Source of the DNA: Chrysomallon squamiferum
Lineage: Eukaryota; Animalia; Mollusca
NCBI GenBank assembly: GCA_012295275.1
Contig: CM022679.1
Coordinates: forward strand, 21,700,001-21,764,000
Direction: 5' to 3'
Length of the DNA stretch: 64,000 nucleotides
Positions 1-14,444 of this stretch are shown here, in pieces; within the stretch, counting starts at the first letter, position 1, and each line of letters starts with the position of its first letter. Below the pieces are notes generated by a model. The model was not told the origin of the DNA and made no database searches. It was given only the letters and a program-made list of their open reading frames with translations. The position numbers were made by a program, and so were the translations under genes.

Positions 1-44
1 GACATTTTAATTACTGTAATATAAATAAAGTCGACATACGTCTT

Positions 45-960
45 CATCATTTGGACATTATGACTAAATATAGCAAAAAAGGTCATGCAAAGACGTTATG
101 AATACGTTTATAAGAATTTTGTCAGAATACGTTGTCAACATATATCAACAACTGTCGGCATTGCAAATAGTACAACAAAAGAATTGTCTAGACATAATAA
201 CGTTTATTGGACATGTTGACTATCGATAACAATAGTAATAACTCGGCATATAAAGAACTGTTTTGACAACATATAACAATAATAATTATACTAATATTCT
301 CTAATATGTAATTATTAACATATATATTATTACTTTTGTTACACATAGCCAACATGTGCAATAACTGTCAATTATATAAAGCTATTACTTCTATTATTAG
401 TAGTCAAAATGTTCAGTAACTGTTAATATATAAAGCTATAGTTTTGACCGCCTGTACATCAGTAATACTTTTATGTGTTAACAGGTGTTAGACTTAGCGA
501 TTACCGATAACATTAGTAATAACTTTATAACATTAACAGTTACTTGACATTTTGACCACAATGACAATAATAATTATATTAGTAAGTATTTAATATAAAA
601 TTATTAATATTTATTGTTATTTTGACTATCAGTAACAGAATTTTGACCACTAATAACTTCATATGTTAACTGTTATTGGACATTCTGGCTACGTGTAACG
701 ACAGTAATAACTTTCTATATTAACAATTACTGGACATTTTGACTACCAATAACAGAAGTAAAAACTTTTTTTTATTAATAATTATTGGACATTTTGACCA
801 GGTAGAGCAGTAGAAATAACGTGATAAGTTCAAAGCTATTGGATATTTTGAATACCTGTAACAGAATTAATAACATTGGATATTAAATATGCTAGACATT
901 TTCACCGTCATCACAATAATTATAACTAACATATTAACAATTGTTGGACATTTTGATTAT
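45..960. repeat. Degenerate ~54-bp minisatellite
   Basis: Core TGGACATTTTGAC and variants recur at about 678, 731, 786, 840, 893 and 945 (spacing 52-55 nt), with more diverged copies near 52, 208 and 545. Confidence 0.75.
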
Positions 961-1356
961 GTTTTGCTGGGATTTGTTTTGGTTCACACACATACGAAAA
1001 AAAATAATTAATAATAAAAAAAAATAAAAAATAATAAAATTAAAAACATTAAATTAAATAAATTAAAATAAAATTTAAAAAATTAAAAAGAAACCTCGAG
1101 CAATCCATCAACAATAAATGATCTTCAAATCAAGTCAGTAAACCCCCAGCAAAAGAAAAAACAAAACAAAAAATAACAGCCAATTCCCATCAACAACATC
1201 AACAACAACTTCAGTATCAGAATTAAAAATAAAAAAATAAAAATAAAAATTATAACATTGTTTTGAACAGTTTTGAACGCATTTTGTTATTGCATCTTAC
1301 CTTATCTATCAGTCTGTCTGTCTGTCTGTCTATCTGTATGTCTGTCTATCTGTCTG

Positions 1357-1402
<46 letters not shown>

Positions 1403-2962
1403 ATCTATCTATAGAACGTACGAAAGTCACAAACATTAACAGCATAACAGAAAATATGAAGATAGATTTTATTAATATTAAATGTAAAGGCAGCTGAAAA
1501 TAAAATCAAAGTAAAAGAACATTTGTTTACAATATTTTCACCAGATTTGAATATATTCTTATTAATCAGAATATTCTTTGAAGTACTTTGATGTTTTGTT
1601 ATCAGTCAGCTAATAATAACATATTTACACTGCTGATACATATTAATGTATGTTTTAAGAAATGTTAATAAAGAAATTATTTTGCATGTTCTTGTAGGAT
1701 TTCATTATGGCTTTTTCAAATATATAAAATCAATTAACTTATTAAAAGATTCCAAGAATTTTTTAAAGATGGAATAGTTAAATATTTCAGCGATGACAAA
1801 GAAAAGAGTTATTTTAAAATTTTAATATTATATCTAAGTACTGTAAAAAAAAATATTTTCAAAATGATATAGAGATAGCATTATAGATAAACAGAAATAA
1901 AAGAATTTAATACAAATATATTTCTGAATGTTTATTTTGAAGTTGTGTATACTTTCAATGATAAAACAAAAAAATTATTTTGAAAGATGTTCAGTAAGAA
2001 TAATAAAAATAACATCGAAACCAAAAGAATGATTAAAAAAACGGGAAGAAAATAATAAAGAAAATTGTAAATGAACTCATGTACTTTAAACCTTCAACAA
2101 CAAAAACAAAGAAATTAATCATAATAAAAAAAAAAAATAATAATAACCCCCCAAACACTAAAAACCTAGAAAATAAACCAAACCAAAGAAAAAAACCAAA
2201 AAAAAAAAAACAACGACAAACCCCAAAACAACAAAAAAAAAAAAAAAAAAAACAAAAACCCCAAACAAAAACAAAAACAAAGAAACAAAGAAACAAAGAA
2301 AAAAAAATCCTTTTAAAAACTTTAACTTTGACAAGCACTGTAGACATCTTCAGAGACATTATTAAATTTATAGTTTTAGTTTTTTAATATCTGCGTCTGA
2401 GAAAGCGTTCAGACGTCACTAACGTACTTCCAGTCGGATGGACACGCTGTCACGTTTACGCTAGCCGGAAAGATTGTCAAGATTCTTGTCATCAATTATG
2501 CTAGCGGAGAGGATCGTTTTCCAGTTACTTCATTATTCCATCTCGCTCTGGCTACTCAAGGTGAAGGTTATCAATTAACATAATTAATAGCTCGACCTGT
2601 GACCTCCCATGCAGATTCCCTCCTCGCGCGCCACTTGACAAGCCTTCTGAAAGGTTCGGTCAAGGTCATTTCGGCATCTGTCGTTTAACCCTTTGGCTGT
2701 CTGAAGATGGTCTTCGTGTGGAAATAATTGAGATGTTACTTTATCTTTTAGAGATTAGAGTTGTAATGTGCATGGAAGATCGATGTTCAAATTATAGTAA
2801 CGGCAGAATAGCACGTTTTAAACGTCGATTGTACTTAGAATATTCAAACACGCATTACCCACTGAGTAATGAAGTGGTATAAAACAGATGACTAATTACA
2901 GTCTCGACAGATTGTATATGCACATACACGTTGGAATTTAACACACATACAGATATCAAAAA

Positions 2963-3323
<361 letters not shown>

Positions 3324-3880
3324 GATGCGATTATTGCAAACTCTGGTATTTAGGCAAATCAAATCCAATTTATACCGGGGATGAAGCAACTGACAAAAAT
3401 CTAAACGTATCAGCAGCAGAATCTCTAGACTTGATAAACAACATCCACAAACAAATCTATTTCTTACTCTTTAAAAACCTAGACGCTGACTACGAAAATG
3501 TTATTTGAACGAGAACCACCAAAACTAGTTACGTCAAACCAAATACATTTATTTTTCCGTCCCCCAGACAAGACTTCCACAAACTCTGACACTTGAAATA
3601 TTGATCCATCGACCCATTTATCTATATATTTATCTTATGTGACATGCCAGAGTTACGCGCGCAGATCGATTAAATTCGATTTTGATAACGTTCCAGCTAA
3701 CAAACAGCCCCGGGATGAGAGCGCGAGGAAAATGTCTGTGTTGAGTGGCATCTTGTGTAATCTAACTGAAGTCAGTAATTAAAGACAAAATACCATTAAA
3801 CTAGACACCGAGTGCAAACTGGTCTGAAGATAGTGCGAATGTGTGAGTTTATTTATTTATTTATTTATTTATTTATGTAT

Positions 3881-3923
<43 letters not shown>

Positions 3924-3964
3924 TTCATTTGTTTATTTATTTATTTATTATTATTTTTTGAGCC

Positions 3965-4023
3965 ATTAAGTATAATTGTTTGGAGTGTATTGTAATGTGT
4001 CTGCCTACTTTTTATTTTTATTT

Positions 4024-4095
<72 letters not shown>

Positions 4096-4185
4096 TTTAT
4101 GCATTTATTCATTAAGTTAGTTATTTATTAAGTATAATTGTTTGGAGTTTATTGTAATGTGTCTGCCTACTTTTTATTTTTATTT
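3965..4185. repeat. Local ~57-bp direct duplication separated by an ATT/ATTT tract
   Basis: attaagtataattgtttggagt[g/t]tattgtaatgtgtctgcctactttttatttttattt occurs at 3965 and 4127 with one mismatch. Confidence 0.85.
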
Positions 4186-4648
4186 GTTTATTTATTTATA
4201 TTATTTATTGATAATTTCATTATTTATTTCATTATTTCATTATTTATTATTACTTTTTGGAAGTAATAGAATGAAAATTATCTGACGTATATTAAATTGT
4301 TTTTTTCTCGGTAGTGGTGAAATATAGAGAAATGAAAAGCAGGAAAATCAATTTTTGAGTTTCTCTTTCTGAAACAATGATCGTTGTTGCAAGTTTTATA
4401 CTGTAGATTTGGATTTATTTGTAAAGATATATGAGTATTATCATATGGTCGTATGACAGTGTCATTATTAATTTAATTTGTGTATTAAGAAGAAACAAAA
4501 TAGTAAACTAGTGTAGATCTGCAATTTCAGAAAAAGGATCTCATCATCACTTTGAGAATCTAACTTTTTAGATAGAAATTTTATTACTATTAATAAAAGG
4601 AATACGATAAAGTTGACGATTAAAAGAGAGATAGACTGATAGATAGAC

Positions 4649-5045
<397 letters not shown>

Positions 5046-6500
5046 GATGACGTATCTTATTACGAAATACTACTACTACTCCACGACGAAAGCAAAAAAT
5101 AAAAAAGAAAAATAAAAAAAATAAAGTAAAGTTTGGATGAGCCAGCGTTGACGAGTTTCGTATTTTTACACAAAAAATTTTAATTTCATTTCGAGCCTGC
5201 TCTCTCTCTCTCCCGTCAAACGGACGTGAAAAAACGTGACCTGCAAGTTAGCCTGGTGCATACTTTTATCATCTCGATTTAATTGAACATTCGTCTTACT
5301 TCCACGATCGCTCCTCTGGGGGAACCCGTGAGGAAATTGAGCTCAGGCAAAACAGGCAAGACGCTTGTCAGAGACTGCAGCGAAAAACCCCGATCAAATT
5401 AGATACTTTACACATCTACTTTCATAAAACGAAAATAGCCGGAAGACTATATTTAGCCTTTTTTAGTTGGTGGCGGATGCTATTTTTCCTAAGTTAGCAT
5501 CATCGATGACGTCAGTGACACTGCATCTCGGCTGGCATGGATGCAATTAGGATGGAGGTTTGGCTGCAATAACTTTGGTTTGCGTCTCGGAGGAATTCGC
5601 TTGGCGATTTCATTCACACATACGCGGCGTAATGCGGGCTACGTGCAATGCAACCACGAGACCCTGTGACGTTGTTTGGACGGACAAACAGACGACGGGT
5701 TCACGTCACAGCCAGCTACAGACTGTTTGTCACTGTCAGCGCGGTTATTCTAGAACGAATTAAAAAAGCACAGAAATGGAAACGTTATTTTTAGACGCAA
5801 GAAGAAAAATAAAGCAAAAGAGAGAAAAAAACAAAAAATACAGAAAGTGAGAGAGAGAGAGAGAGAAAGAAAAAAATTAAAAATAAATAAATAAAAAATA
5901 AAAAATGAAAAAAAAATTCGGTAGAGAATCGATTGAATAACCCAGTTAATGTAATTTTTGTCTTCAAGTTCGACGAAAATGTCTTGATAATGATTTTTGG
6001 AAGAAAAACATTATTTGGTTTTGTTAATTTTTTTTTTATTTTTTTTTTTTTACTATAATTTTTCTTTCTTTTCTTTTTTTTTTTTTTTTAACAGAATCCT
6101 GAAAGAAAGTACTGGTGCAGGTGACGATAACTTAAAATGTACTTTTAGAAGCAGTAATACCACTAACAATAGCAAAATCCGAAACAGTTATGGATTAGTA
6201 TCAGCTGTGTAGGATTAGTTGTAGCTGTGATGGATTAGTAGCAGCTCTGACAGAATAGGTGTAGCAGTGTTAGTAAATGTGAGAAAAAGGTATACCAGAT
6301 AAATGAATGAAACATCCAAATATATTTTCATATAATAATTTCTTTAATACCAAAAACAAGTATGTATATGTTTGTTAATAAGAACAGTATGTCGGAGAGT
6401 ATGTTTTCCTCACTAAACCTCCACGCATATGCAGTTTAATTAATTATTATTATATATGTATGTAATATATGCTTCTTTATGCAGAAATCCTACAGTTTAT

Positions 6501-7115
6501 GACAAGACAAGACAAGACAAGGCAAGAAGTTTATTTCTCTAAAGATTGCACCGTGTGAAGATATAAACACAACACAATTTAAACAGATTTTGTTTCTGTA
6601 GTTGAATAAAACATATTAATTATTATTTAACCTGGAAGACTAAATCTGTCAATGACAATTTGTAAAAATCGGGAAAGATTATACAAAAGTGATATTTCTT
6701 GTTTTGTTTTTTGGTAGAAAAACCTATTTTGAAATGTTATTGCATTTGGTCTAAGTGTATAATGATATGGTGTATATTTATTTCTCTCGAAAGATAAAGA
6801 TGTACAGTTAAAAATATTGTGGAACTCGTCTACAGTATTAGAATTACATAAATGACATATTCTGTCTTCTCTTTCAATATTGAACCATTTATCAGTTTCT
6901 AAAGGAAACTTGACATTACTAATTCTAAATTTACATAATGTTCTAACATTTTTATTCAGCAGTTTTAACAGATAATGTTCCAGTTTAAATTCATCTTTAA
7001 ACATTCTATAATTTGTGCCTTTAGATGACTCAAGTTTATTTTTTGTAAGAACTCATCAAATAAAATCCTTTTAACAGAATGTTTTAACCACAAAATATTC
7101 ACTTGAATATATGAG
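6501..7115 (-). mobile_element. 5'-truncated, decayed non-LTR retrotransposon (LINE, probably L2/Crack/CR1 group), 3' end of ORF2 plus tail
   Basis: Minus strand reads ...WLKHSVKRILFDEFLQK / ESSKGTNYRMFKDEFKLEHYLL...LCKFRISNVKFPLETDKW...REDRICHLCN...DEFHNIFNC, the CxxC-H-C C-terminal region typical of these ORF2 proteins. The frame is disrupted near 7040. It is followed by AATAAA (6535-6530) and a (CTTGT)n tail ending at about 6501. Confidence 0.82.
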
Positions 7116-7139
7116 AGTATATTCATTCTTACTGTCACT

Positions 7140-7300
7140 GTTAGTACTGGATTTGGATTAGTAAAGACAGTAGTGGATTAGTTGAAGCAGAGTTGGATTA
7201 GTAGCAATAATAGCTGATTAGTAGCTACAGAATTTGATTAATTGAAGCAACGTTAGATTACTAATAATAGTAGTGAAATAGTTGTTGTAGTGGTAGATTA
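7140..7300. repeat. Degenerate ~21-bp GGATTAGT-core minisatellite (related units at 6190-6250)
   Basis: Repeated (t/g)ggattagt(a/t) about every 20-21 nt, on both sides of the LINE fragment. Confidence 0.6.
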
Positions 7301-9640
7301 GTATTATAGATAAATAGTTTCTTAGTAGTGATATTAGTAGTAGATATAGTAACAGTAGTGGTAGTGACAATAGCAGCAGTAACAGTTATCGTATAGTAGC
7401 AGTAGCAGCAGCAGCAGTAGTAGTAGTAGTGGTGATGGTGGTCGTATTAATAGCAAATTTAAAAATTAATAGAATTTTTTGTAGTAAAATGTGGTTGTTA
7501 GTTAAATGATCTAGTTGTGATGTTGATAGTAGTAGTAATTGTTGTTATTGTAGTAGTAGTTGTAACAGCATACGTATTGTGCTAATGCTGATAAAGTAAT
7601 TGATGTAGTATGTATATAGAATAATGTTGTTATTATGGTATGTAGAAGCAGTAATAATAGTGGCTCCAAAAACTGTAAAAGAAAATGTAAAGTATTTTCT
7701 GACATGACGATTTAGTGTTGGAAGAGATTTGATAAATATATTACACAAAAAAAAATTTAAAAATAAAAGAAACAGAAAAAAAATATAATAAATAAATAAA
7801 ATAAAATAAAATAAAATAAAATAAAATAAAATAAAAATAAAAATAAAAAATAAAATTTAAAAAATAAAAATAAATAAATAAAATTTAAAAAAAGCTAACA
7901 TACAAAATAATAATAATAATAAAAAAAATAAATAAAAAACGTTTAATAAAACAAATTAAAAAGAACAACAAAACAACAATTAACAAAAGAACCATAAACA
8001 CAGAAATAGCAATAGAAACAAAATAACCAGTGATATAATAGGACATGATGTAAAATTCATTCAAGTAGTAATTTTTTTCTTTACATTTTGATTTTTAACT
8101 GGGAATAAGATTCCACTGAAATGTAAAGTCAGTATTACACTAATTTCCAAGTCACGAAAGATGCCGATTGGTCACGGAATTTGCCGAGCAGCTGATGCTA
8201 TTAAAATATCGATCTTTAATACATTAATAATTGTATATGCTTTCAAAGTGAAATATTATTATATTGTAATTTTAATGTAAATATATAACTCATACTGCAA
8301 ACAGCCAACACATTTATTCATTTACGGTTCTGAGGTCTAGAAAAAAATATTCTTCATTTTTCTCTTCTATTCTTTTTCTTTCCGATTCGATAAATCGGAG
8401 ACGCTTTCCACATATAGATTTACAAGCAGTGACATCATTTGCCCTGATTGTGTTTATGAAATTAGGCGCCAGACATTAGTAATGATGTCAGTTCGTCGGA
8501 ACGTCTTTACTTGTGCCCTAAGTCCACATACTGACTAAATAACGGGACGAGTTTCAAGAATTTTAACACGTAGAACGTTATGGAAAATGGTTATTTTTCA
8601 TTTACGTACGTCTGTGCGTCTGTGCCTGAATGTGTGTGTGTATGTATGTACGTCATTATTTATGTGTGTATGCATTGTGTGTATATGTATATGTGTATGA
8701 TGTGTGTTGCATGTGTATGTTTGTATATATGTATATTTTTGTTTAATTTTGTTACGATTTGATCATCTCTGTCTTATGTACGTCTGATTGGACTCTTCAC
8801 ATAGACAATATTTGGGAACACACTGATACAGGAGTTGTTAATTTATATGTGTGTGTGTGTGTGTGTGTATGTGTGTTTGGGTCCGCATGTGTCCGTATGT
8901 GTGTTTATATATGTATTTATATGTGTATCTGCCTACGCGCATCGTATGTATGTATATAAATAGATCGTATGCATTGTATTTAGATAAATACACCAATATT
9001 TGTGAATGTACGATGTGTGAATATTCATATAAACGTAACACAAATCATATTTTAATCATTCTATAAACAGACACTAAATTTCTTAATTTAGCATCAAAAA
9101 AAAAAAAAAAAAAACTATGGCTTTTTTTACGACACTCGATTGATGCCTTCGCGTTCCATTCATACAGAGATATCAAAGATCAGAAACGTCATAAAAACAT
9201 CGCGTGAGATCGGCTGGAATCGATTGTCGTCGTTCTCCTTCCGTCGTGAATTGTCGTTTCTCTTCGCGGCTGTGTTTTTACGACCGCAGTGAGAAACTCC
9301 CTCCCGAGAACGTGCAAGCTGAGGCCGAGCTGCTCGTCTGCGCTGGAAAGCAGACGCCTGTTCTGCGCGCGACCCGCTGCGAGCCAATTAGCAGCCGAGC
9401 AGCTGACGACGACGCGGCACACGTGGGACACGGACAGGCCAAACGCTGCTCACTCCGTGATGGCTACTACGGTGGATTATTTCCGGTACCGGCGTCCTCG
9501 CTGGAGTAGATACAAAAAAACAAAAACAAAAAAAAACACGAAGGTTTGTGTTGACTCGTGTCGGTGTCTGGTGCAGTAAAGGCAGCCAAATGTCAAATAT
9601 ACTTTTAAATAATTTAGTTTGCTAAGAAAATACTGCGGCA

Positions 9641-9696
<56 letters not shown>

Positions 9697-10662
9697 TACA
9701 AATGAATGCATACGCATGAAAACACACAGACAGATACACACAAATTATATATATATATATATAAGTCCACACACTAAGTAATGGGACGAATTTCAAGAAT
9801 TATATATACCTAAGACCTTTGAATATTGATCACACACATACACATAAACACACGCAAGTACACGCACGCACAGAACACACATACACACAGTCTCGCTAAA
9901 ACACCCACGTGTTAGAGTCATATAAGTTATATTTACATATGACACAGGAACATTTGAATATTGGTCATCCTGCAGTACAAGACTGCACCGCCAGCTATAA
10001 ATGAAGTCGAAACGAGTGAAATATTGAGACGTTTTTGCGGCACGCTAGCACGCTACGCTTCTCAGCGAGTAAAAGAATGCAATGCCCCAAGGATGCGCAA
10101 TAAACAAAATACAGACAGTGTGCGGCTCTATAAAAGTAATGGATCGTTGTTATGAAATCGTTTCTATTGCTGACGTCTTCTCGTAAATCGACAGGGCACG
10201 AGATGGAATATTTGCTTCTTGTGTTTGCCGGACGGGCACAGTTGAGGAAAAGTAAACGAACTCTTTATAAGTTTAATTTTCTATTGCCAGTTTTTTTTTT
10301 TTTTTTTTTTTTTTTTGTCTGTGTTTCATTTTATTCCAGTAATTAGTGTCTGGAAATGTCTTGCTCAGCTGAAGAAAGGTCATCTAAAAGATTTTAGGTT
10401 CTGTGTTTCTTTCAAGATAGAATAAATTTTTTTTTAAAAATGCATTCCTGTTAAAAAATATATACACATATACATACACACAAACAAACGTGGAATAATA
10501 CATAGGTTACATACGTACAGTGTGCATGAATCCATCTATCCATTCATCTGTACATTCGCCCATCCATCCATCCATCCATACATCTATTCATCCATACATC
10601 ATACATGTATCTCTCAGTATTTCTTTTACACACACACACACACGCACACACACACACATACT

Positions 10663-10706
<44 letters not shown>

Positions 10707-12849
10707 CATACATACATACAAACAAAACAATTTTGTTTTTCTTCTGTTTTTTTTTTTACTTTATACTCTTTTTATTATTCTTCATTAAAAAAAAAAAAAA
10801 AAATCTAAAACAACTAAAATGGCGACATGTTGTGTGTTGTCGTGACAGTCGTCTCGACTACGTGGTATCACGATCTCGTCACGAGAACAATCACTTCGTG
10901 AAACGCAAGCCAAGACGCAGGTGCAGTCGGATTACAGACTGGCGCTAATGACCAAGGCCGGTGACCAGTCCACTGAGAGCGTCAGACCGTGACCTTTCCG
11001 TGGAAAAACGTTAGATTAAAAGGAGAGAGAGAGAGAAAAAAATGTTTTATTACAAAATCGATTTATGTTTTCTATAGTAAATTGAATTTCATGACATTTT
11101 CGCATATGACCTTTCTTTTAAATATCAAAGGTAAATTTTGTTTGGTAGCATGCTGCAAGAAGATGGTTTTGTTTTCTGTAGGGCATCTACAGTGTCGGTG
11201 TACCGTTTATATGTAAGTATATCTGTAAGTATGTAAGTATGTGTGTATGTGTATTTATGTTTATACACACACAATACACACATAAATTGCGTTTGTGTAT
11301 ACATATATATACAATAATAAATAAAATTATATATGTTGTGAAAATATTAAAGGCTACATTATAAAACATTAAAATATATATATATATATATATATATTAC
11401 AAATATATATATATATATTCATATATATTCATATACATACACACTCACACACACATATATATATAGGTATATTTACATATACCTATACATAAGTGATACA
11501 CTTTATATTTATATAGACCCTCGCACCTCCCTACACATATACGGGTATTATGTATTGTGTGTGCTTTTGCGTTCATGTATATGACTTTTATTTCTTTCTC
11601 TAGATGTATGTGTTTGTGTCTGTGTGTAATCAGTAATACTAATAGTTGTGTAAAAAAAACAAAAATCATTATATTCTTCTTTTTATACAAATTATAAAAT
11701 TTGGTTATAACATTCGCAGTGCAGAGCAAACACCCGCGCTATTTCAGAGAGATATCATTACCATTCTTAACAACAACAAAAATAAGATGAAAATGAAGAA
11801 CAACCAATTGTAGAGAAACTGTATCCTTCCATAAACTGAATTTGTTTAATCTAAAACACTAAAGATACTTCGGTTTTCGATTATGAGACGTAGATACATT
11901 CTAAGACTATTCCGATAACAGGAGAGGATACTCAATACAGCTATGGTCTAGCACTGTACAGATAATAACAGCAAAAAGATATCGTTTGAAAACGATCAGA
12001 AATGTATACGGTTTTAGATAAACGAGTATTACTGGTACCTTCTAAGTTTTGAATTACACCACAAGACTGAAAGAACAGGAGAGTTACGGAATCATCAGAT
12101 TACAGCGATCACTAATATCGTAATTCAACGTAAACTGAGAAGAAAGAGAAATTCTGTCAACGGGCCTGCTTTGCAAGGAAGCAGTATATTCTACAAAATT
12201 AATTAACGGTCAACTGGCCACAAAGACTTAAACCACCACCAATTAAGCACGATTCTCCCAGTGAAGTTAAATCTCCGTCTCAACCAAAGCCAGAAACCAA
12301 TTTTCTGTAAAACCAGCCATTGGTGAAATAAAATTATATACATTGGCATTATTAGCATTAAATTGCTTTCTCAGTCGAGCGCTTTAAATCAGCCACGTAG
12401 CTGTAATAGTTGTTTGGAGATAGCCGTTAGAGAAAATATCTCACGTTTTATATCTTTTAGAGCCACTGAAAAGTAATTTTTAACCTGTTAGGGAATGTTC
12501 TAAGCATTCTATCCCGCACTGCATTGATTTTTTTTTTCTTCTTCAAAACGAATCTGAGCCAGTGCTTCGATTTGTGTGAAATAATGAAAATGTTTTGAGA
12601 ATAAGCAGAAGATAAGATCACAAAACCTGACTGGAATTTAAAGAGACTGTAAACGTAAGACTGCGTTGAATCGTTTCAGTTGTTGTATTTTTCACGAAAT
12701 ATATCATTAATTATATTACACACGTATAAATGTATATGAACATACGTGCATACATACATACATAACTGGTTCCATCGTTCTTTCACACACACACGCCCGC
12801 ATATACACACACACAAACACATATAAACACATTCCCACACATATACATA

Positions 12850-13084
<235 letters not shown>

Positions 13085-13291
13085 ATAAGTAGGTAGACGG
13101 ATAGATACATACGGGCACACTTAAAACGCACACACACAAATCTCGCAACAAAAACCCTGCGACTCAATGCAATTAACCAGATCACAGCGGACTTGAACTG
13201 TTTCAAACAGCGACAATCTCAATCTTAGAACTGCACAACACAAACTGCACCGTGCGGAAACGAGACCCGACTGACCATTCGTCCACGTAAT

Positions 13292-13330
<39 letters not shown>

Positions 13331-13874
13331 ACGCGCACACGCACACAGAGAAGAGACCAACGCTAAAATCAATAGCGATGATTATAGCGACAGGCGGCGA
13401 TTGTCGGTCACTCTCAGGTCAGCTGGGTATGGCCGTCAGTGCAGGGTAAGGGTCACCCACTACACGGACAGATGGCTAAATGGGGCCCCGGCGGCTTCAT
13501 TCTGAGGGAGATGTTTTGTTAGCGACTGCTTTCGTAAGCTGTTACAGCTCGGTGAAAACTCACAAGTTGTGTTAGGGAATGCTCGCTTAGAACGTAGATT
13601 TGTATGCACGTACATTAACACTCAGGTGAATGTATATGTGAATGTATATGTGTATGTATATGATGTGTATGTATATGTTTCTCGACACGATACGTATACA
13701 GACATACACAGAAATATGCTTTGAAAAAAATGCATAAATATCTACCTATTTACTTAGCAACATACCTGCATATTTTAATGCATAAATATTTTAAAGCATT
13801 CATACATACATAAGTATATATATAAACACCTACAAACACACACACACACATATAGACAGACAGTCATAAGTGCA

Positions 13875-13911
<37 letters not shown>

Positions 13912-14374
13912 GTACTTACATACATGCATGCATACATACATACATACATACGTTTTTTCTGGAACATATATAACACACACACACACACAAAAAAATCAAT
14001 AAATAAATAAATAAAAAAAAAAAAACGAAGAAGAAAAAAGAAAAATATATTAACTAAAACAATTAAAAATTATAATGAATCAAAAATGTGCGTAGAAAAA
14101 CAGTTGCCACTTAAAACTGTTCAATGAGTGTATTAACATAATAATTTTAATTCTTATTCAGTGACAGAGTTATTAAAATTAATGCAAACTCTACTGACAT
14201 GATAAAATATTCTTAATAATTTTACTTTACATACAATGCTCGGGTTCCACGTTTTTTGTTCCTGACTAAAATCAGAGAACAAGATATCGATCCAGCTTCC
14301 AGCATTTCAAGATATAAATATTAAATATGTGCAAGTTCGTGCGCTCTTTTCCAGATAAAAATCGCGGATTTATT

Positions 14375-14444
<70 letters not shown>

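Noticed and set aside
5300-5374. Possible TARP exon 2 (75 nt between minus-strand CAG and GTAAG)
   Set aside because: Joined in phase 1 to exon 1 it meets a TGA after 10 codons and does not resemble TARP ECL1.
5664-5720. Short hairpin CTGTGACGT/ACGTCACAG with miR-2-like TCACAGCCAGCT
   Set aside because: Only 12 nt match, the 3' half differs from miR-2, and the 5' arm does not pair along a full duplex.
9160-9579. Four overlapping ORFs of 75-101 aa in the GC-rich island
   Set aside because: Expected from locally high GC; no recognisable motif or consistent splice sites.
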